From Octopus sinensis (taxonomy: Eukaryota): DNA of 64,000 bases. How positions within the stretch are numbered: position 1 is the first letter of the stretch; the number at the start of each line of letters is the position of its first letter. A program made the position numbers and the translations under genes. Where the stretch lies: contig NW_021831284.1 of the NCBI RefSeq assembly GCF_006345805.1, positions 186,001-250,000 on the forward strand, in the 5' to 3' direction. This document shows positions 60,530 through 64,000 of the stretch, piece by piece. The notes under the pieces are model-generated. The model ran no database searches. It saw nothing but the letters and a program-made list of their open reading frames with translations, and was not told where the DNA came from.

Positions 60530-63500
60530 ACGGAAAAGCCGAAAAAAGAGAGAGAAAGTTAATGAGACAACGTATGCCTCTTCTCCGTTGTATCCCTCTC
60601 AGCAGTAGGGTACCATCCCTCGAACCCGTAGGTAAGCAATGGTTCGACGCACGTTTTATAAACATATAAAAACGTTTCCGGGCAAAGGTGGAAGTGAATT
60701 ATGCTCCTGAGAATTTGAGCGCATTTCCTTCTCCTCGATGTATCTGAAGTAAGAGCCCACTTCAACCCCAAGGTATTTCAGGTTCTCCCTTACTGTAAAC
60801 CCATAGAGGTTTCTCGGCGGTTTTCGTTTAGCTCCCTGTTTTGCAATCCAAGTGGCGGTGCACTTTTCTTTTGCGAGCGTCAGTCCTTTTGATATGCACC
60901 ACTCTTCCACTTTTGTCACGTATCCTTTTAATTTCCTCCACGAGATGTCTTTTCTCCACAAAGCATCCGTTATTAGTATGTCGTCCGCGTAGATCAGGGG
61001 TCGGCAAAAGCAGGCTCGCGAGCCTTTGAAGGCTCTTTAACTCTTACGGTAGGCTCTTTCAATTTTTAACTATTTTTTTTATAAATGATTTTTAACTATG
61101 TTTTTGTTTTGTTAATAACAAAAAATCTTTGCACGTTTAACATTAATTTTTTGTGGTACATCGATATATTCCTAGCAATAAAAAAATTGATAAAAAAATC
61201 GATATTGCGCGAAATTTTCAATCAAAATGGACTGAAACTTTTGCATTCACGTCTAATTCAGAACACTTACCGAAATGTCTCATTTGCCAGGAAACTTTGA
61301 ATCAAAATAAAAAGTCAAATTTAGAGAGAAACCTTAACACAAAACACTCAAATTTCGCAAAAAAATATCCAATTGGTGATTCGCGAAAGAAAGCTGTAGA
61401 AGAACTTGCAAAGATAATCAGATTGAGAATTCCGCTTTTAAATATTGGTATCACAATGTCAGGACTGCAAATATTGCCACAGTTTTTCGATAAACCACGA
61501 GATCGCAAAAAGGGGAAAACCATTTACCGATGGCAATTTATAAAGGCATGTTTCATTAAAACCTCTGAAGAACTTTTTCACGATTTTCAAATAAGGTAGA
61601 AATCGTGAATAAGATAATTAATATAGCTTTATCTGCGAAAATAGTAGCCGACAGGACTTTTAAGATGTCTTCGAATTTATTTGTTCAACAAGTTCTAAGA
61701 TGAAATTGTCTAATTCAATTTCAATAGCAATAGATGATTTATTGATATAAATGACATTGCACAAGTATCATTGTTCATGTCATACTTAGGTATCTCTTTT
61801 TCGTTATGTCTCGAGATTTCCTGAGGCAAGAACTTTTGGCATTATTGCCTTTAAGGGGTCAAACCCGTGGTGAAGATATTGATCTACTTCAATACAACAA
61901 AGTTTGCTGGCTTTCGAGGGGAACGTTCTCAATCGGTTTGCTTCTTGTATGCAAGAAGTCAAACTTTTTTAAATGAGAAAAAAATTCATTATGCCGAATT
62001 AAGTGATGACCAATGGCTGCAGGAAATTCTATTTTATGGTTGACATAACATCAGAATTAACAAACTTAATTCAAAATTGCAAAGAAGTGGAAATATTGCA
62101 TTTTTCATGTATGAGGAAGTGATATTATTTGAAAAAAATATTAATTCTGTTTGAAGAGGATATAGAACAAAAGAAACTTGAAGATGTGATTCTCGAAACT
62201 TGAATTCTCTTCCAGATTCTTATTATGAAATAGAAAAATTTTCATACGGAATTTTGACAATATTCGGGTCCACTTATATGTGTGAACAAAGTTTTTCTCA
62301 TATGAATTATATAAAATCGAAATTAAGGGACAAAATTACAGATTCGAATTTGGAATCTAACCTCAGATTAAAATTAACGACTTACGACCCAGACATTAAC
62401 CAACTTTCCAAAGAAATGAGGAATCACATTTCTCATTAATGCGTCTAATTAATTTAATTTTTTAAAATGAATTCTTAATTATTTTTTAAATTATGTCTAT
62501 TTAATTTTATGAATTTAAATTTTTGACAAAGTAGTTGGTAAAAGGTGGCTCTTCAACTTTTCGAAATTCCAAAAATGTTCAAAATTGGCTCTTCTCCAAA
62601 AGTATTTGCCGACCCCTGGCGTAGATCATGAGATGACTGGTAGGATCTTTCGGTTTTGGAATATCAGCAAAGTAAATATTAAAAAGCAGAGGGCTCAAGA
62701 CCGAGTCTTGAGGTACCCCTCTTTTGAGATCGACAGATTCCGACAAACGGTTTCCGCATCGTATGTATGACCTCCTCATTGATAAATATAGCTCTTCAGC
62801 CAATTGACCGTTCTACACCCGGGTTTGATTTTGGCGACACTTTCCAAGAGGCACAGGTGCCATACGCTGTCAAAAGCTTTTGAGACATCGAGGCAGATAG
62901 CAATAGTCGCTGTATTGTTAGCAAGACTAAGCGAAATGACTTTCTCGAGTTCTCCGAAAAAATCTCCACAGGATTTTTTTCGTCGGAATCCCCACTGCTC
63001 CGCTGCAAGTGCACCTGATTCCTCTAAGAAGTTCGAAAGTTTTGTTAAAACAATCCGTTCCATAATTTTAGAGACGGAGCATATTAGGCTTATCGGGCTA
63101 TAGTTCTCTGCATGGTCCTTCATTTTCCAGGCTTTGGAATCATACATACGATTGACTTTTTCCAAGAGTCCGGTACGTATCCAAGTCTCCAGCTTGCATT
63201 GTATAGTGCGGTCAAGTATCGTAAGAGAATAACAGTAATTGGAATGTAGTCATGGCCGGGTGCATTGTTCTTGCAGCTCATAATTGCGGCGCATACGTTT
63301 CTTCAACGTTATGTCTCTCTCAAATTAGCTCGCAGACTTCTCTGTGCCTCACATATAAATTTTTTCGGAACCATGTCGATCGGATCCATCTCTTTAACTA
63401 TTGCCAATTGACTTCGCAAATGTGAGGGAACTTAATCGAGCGGGATAGCTATTCCTTCAGTTGTTATTAGTCGGATCTTTTCCTTTGTTCTCCATATTAC

Positions 63501-64000
63501 TTAGTCTGTTGAAAACCTTCCAAAAATGAGGGTTTTTCTTATTCAGTTTCGAGCATTGACTCTTCCAAGCAAGGTCTGAATGTTTTTTGCGACATCATTT
63601 ATCTCTGCATCGTCTCATCTTCTTTTCAATGTTTCCCTTCCATTTTATAAGTTTTGCCAAAGATTCGTCAATCCGGGTTTTTCTGTTAGTATTTGACATG
63701 GTGGATTTTCTGATTGAAGATTTTCGGAGAAAGTCCAGTATAGCTTCTCTGAGAATTTTATCAAGTTTTTCAATTTGTATATTCAAAGAGATGTTTTCTA
63801 TTGGATACGGTATCAAATGCATTTTCATTGATATCTCGAAGTCAGATCAGATTGTCCGAGAAGTATCATATCCGATGAAAAGATCTTCGCATATCGTAGA
63901 TGATGTTCGCATACATAAAGATTGAGGAAAATGATCACTACCAATGTTTATCTCAATTCTTGGTATGCTGCATTGATGAACAAGATCAGCCGATACGAGG
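60530..64000 (-). mobile_element. APE-RT non-LTR retrotransposon (RFHL..EGWYP family), running off the window end
   Basis: GSDHFP (APE end), NYSPISLICSVSKIMER, EQWGFRR, CLDVSKAFDSVWH, GVPQDSVLSPLLF, IYADD split by a hAT, LKYLGV. Confidence 0.9.
60995..62618 (+). mobile_element. hAT (Buster/SPIN-type), decayed, inserted in the RT YADD motif
   Basis: 14-bp TIR caggggtcggcaaa and perfect 8-bp TSD gcgTAgat (60987-60994, 62619-62626). BED finger PKCLICQETL, IFGSTYMCEQSFS. Confidence 0.95.

Noticed and set aside
363-63925. Most short ORFs in the supplied track (e.g. 363-626, 6297-6809, 38555-38887, 49935-50423, 62804-63103)
   Set aside because: They are antisense or off-frame shadows of transposon or host coding sequence.

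Overview
AT-rich animal genomic DNA, not prokaryotic. Small host-gene islands with mostly 23-35 nt spliceosomal micro-introns sit in a dense, multiply nested transposon graveyard, so the ORF track misses or fragments nearly every real gene. Splicing by eye recovers CBF-beta, a PDZ/Zasp-like protein, a membrane-tethered CREB3-like bZIP, Zic, a formin and RBM48, plus a DHX34 pseudogene and a tandem pair of proteasome-beta-like fragments. RNA genes are one 5S, one 5S pseudogene and two decayed 18S fragments. Mobile DNA includes Tc1, pogo/Tigger, hAT (Buster/SPIN-type and DUF659-type), four Ginger-like integrase elements, and REL-type (R4/NeSL-like, CRE), APE-type and RTE non-LTR retrotransposons. 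The intron size mode of about 26 nt and the Zic A-intron point to a highly reduced bilaterian such as a dicyemid; this is inference, not a database result. The best leads are a stop-free Ginger-like transposase split by 7 micro-introns whose relatives differ in intron content, a 5'-inverted retro-insertion carrying a 2A-like peptide, and an intact RBM48 (minor-spliceosome factor) in a micro-intron genome. All alignments and family assignments were done by eye from remembered motifs; boundaries without a stated TIR, TSD or splice site are approximate.
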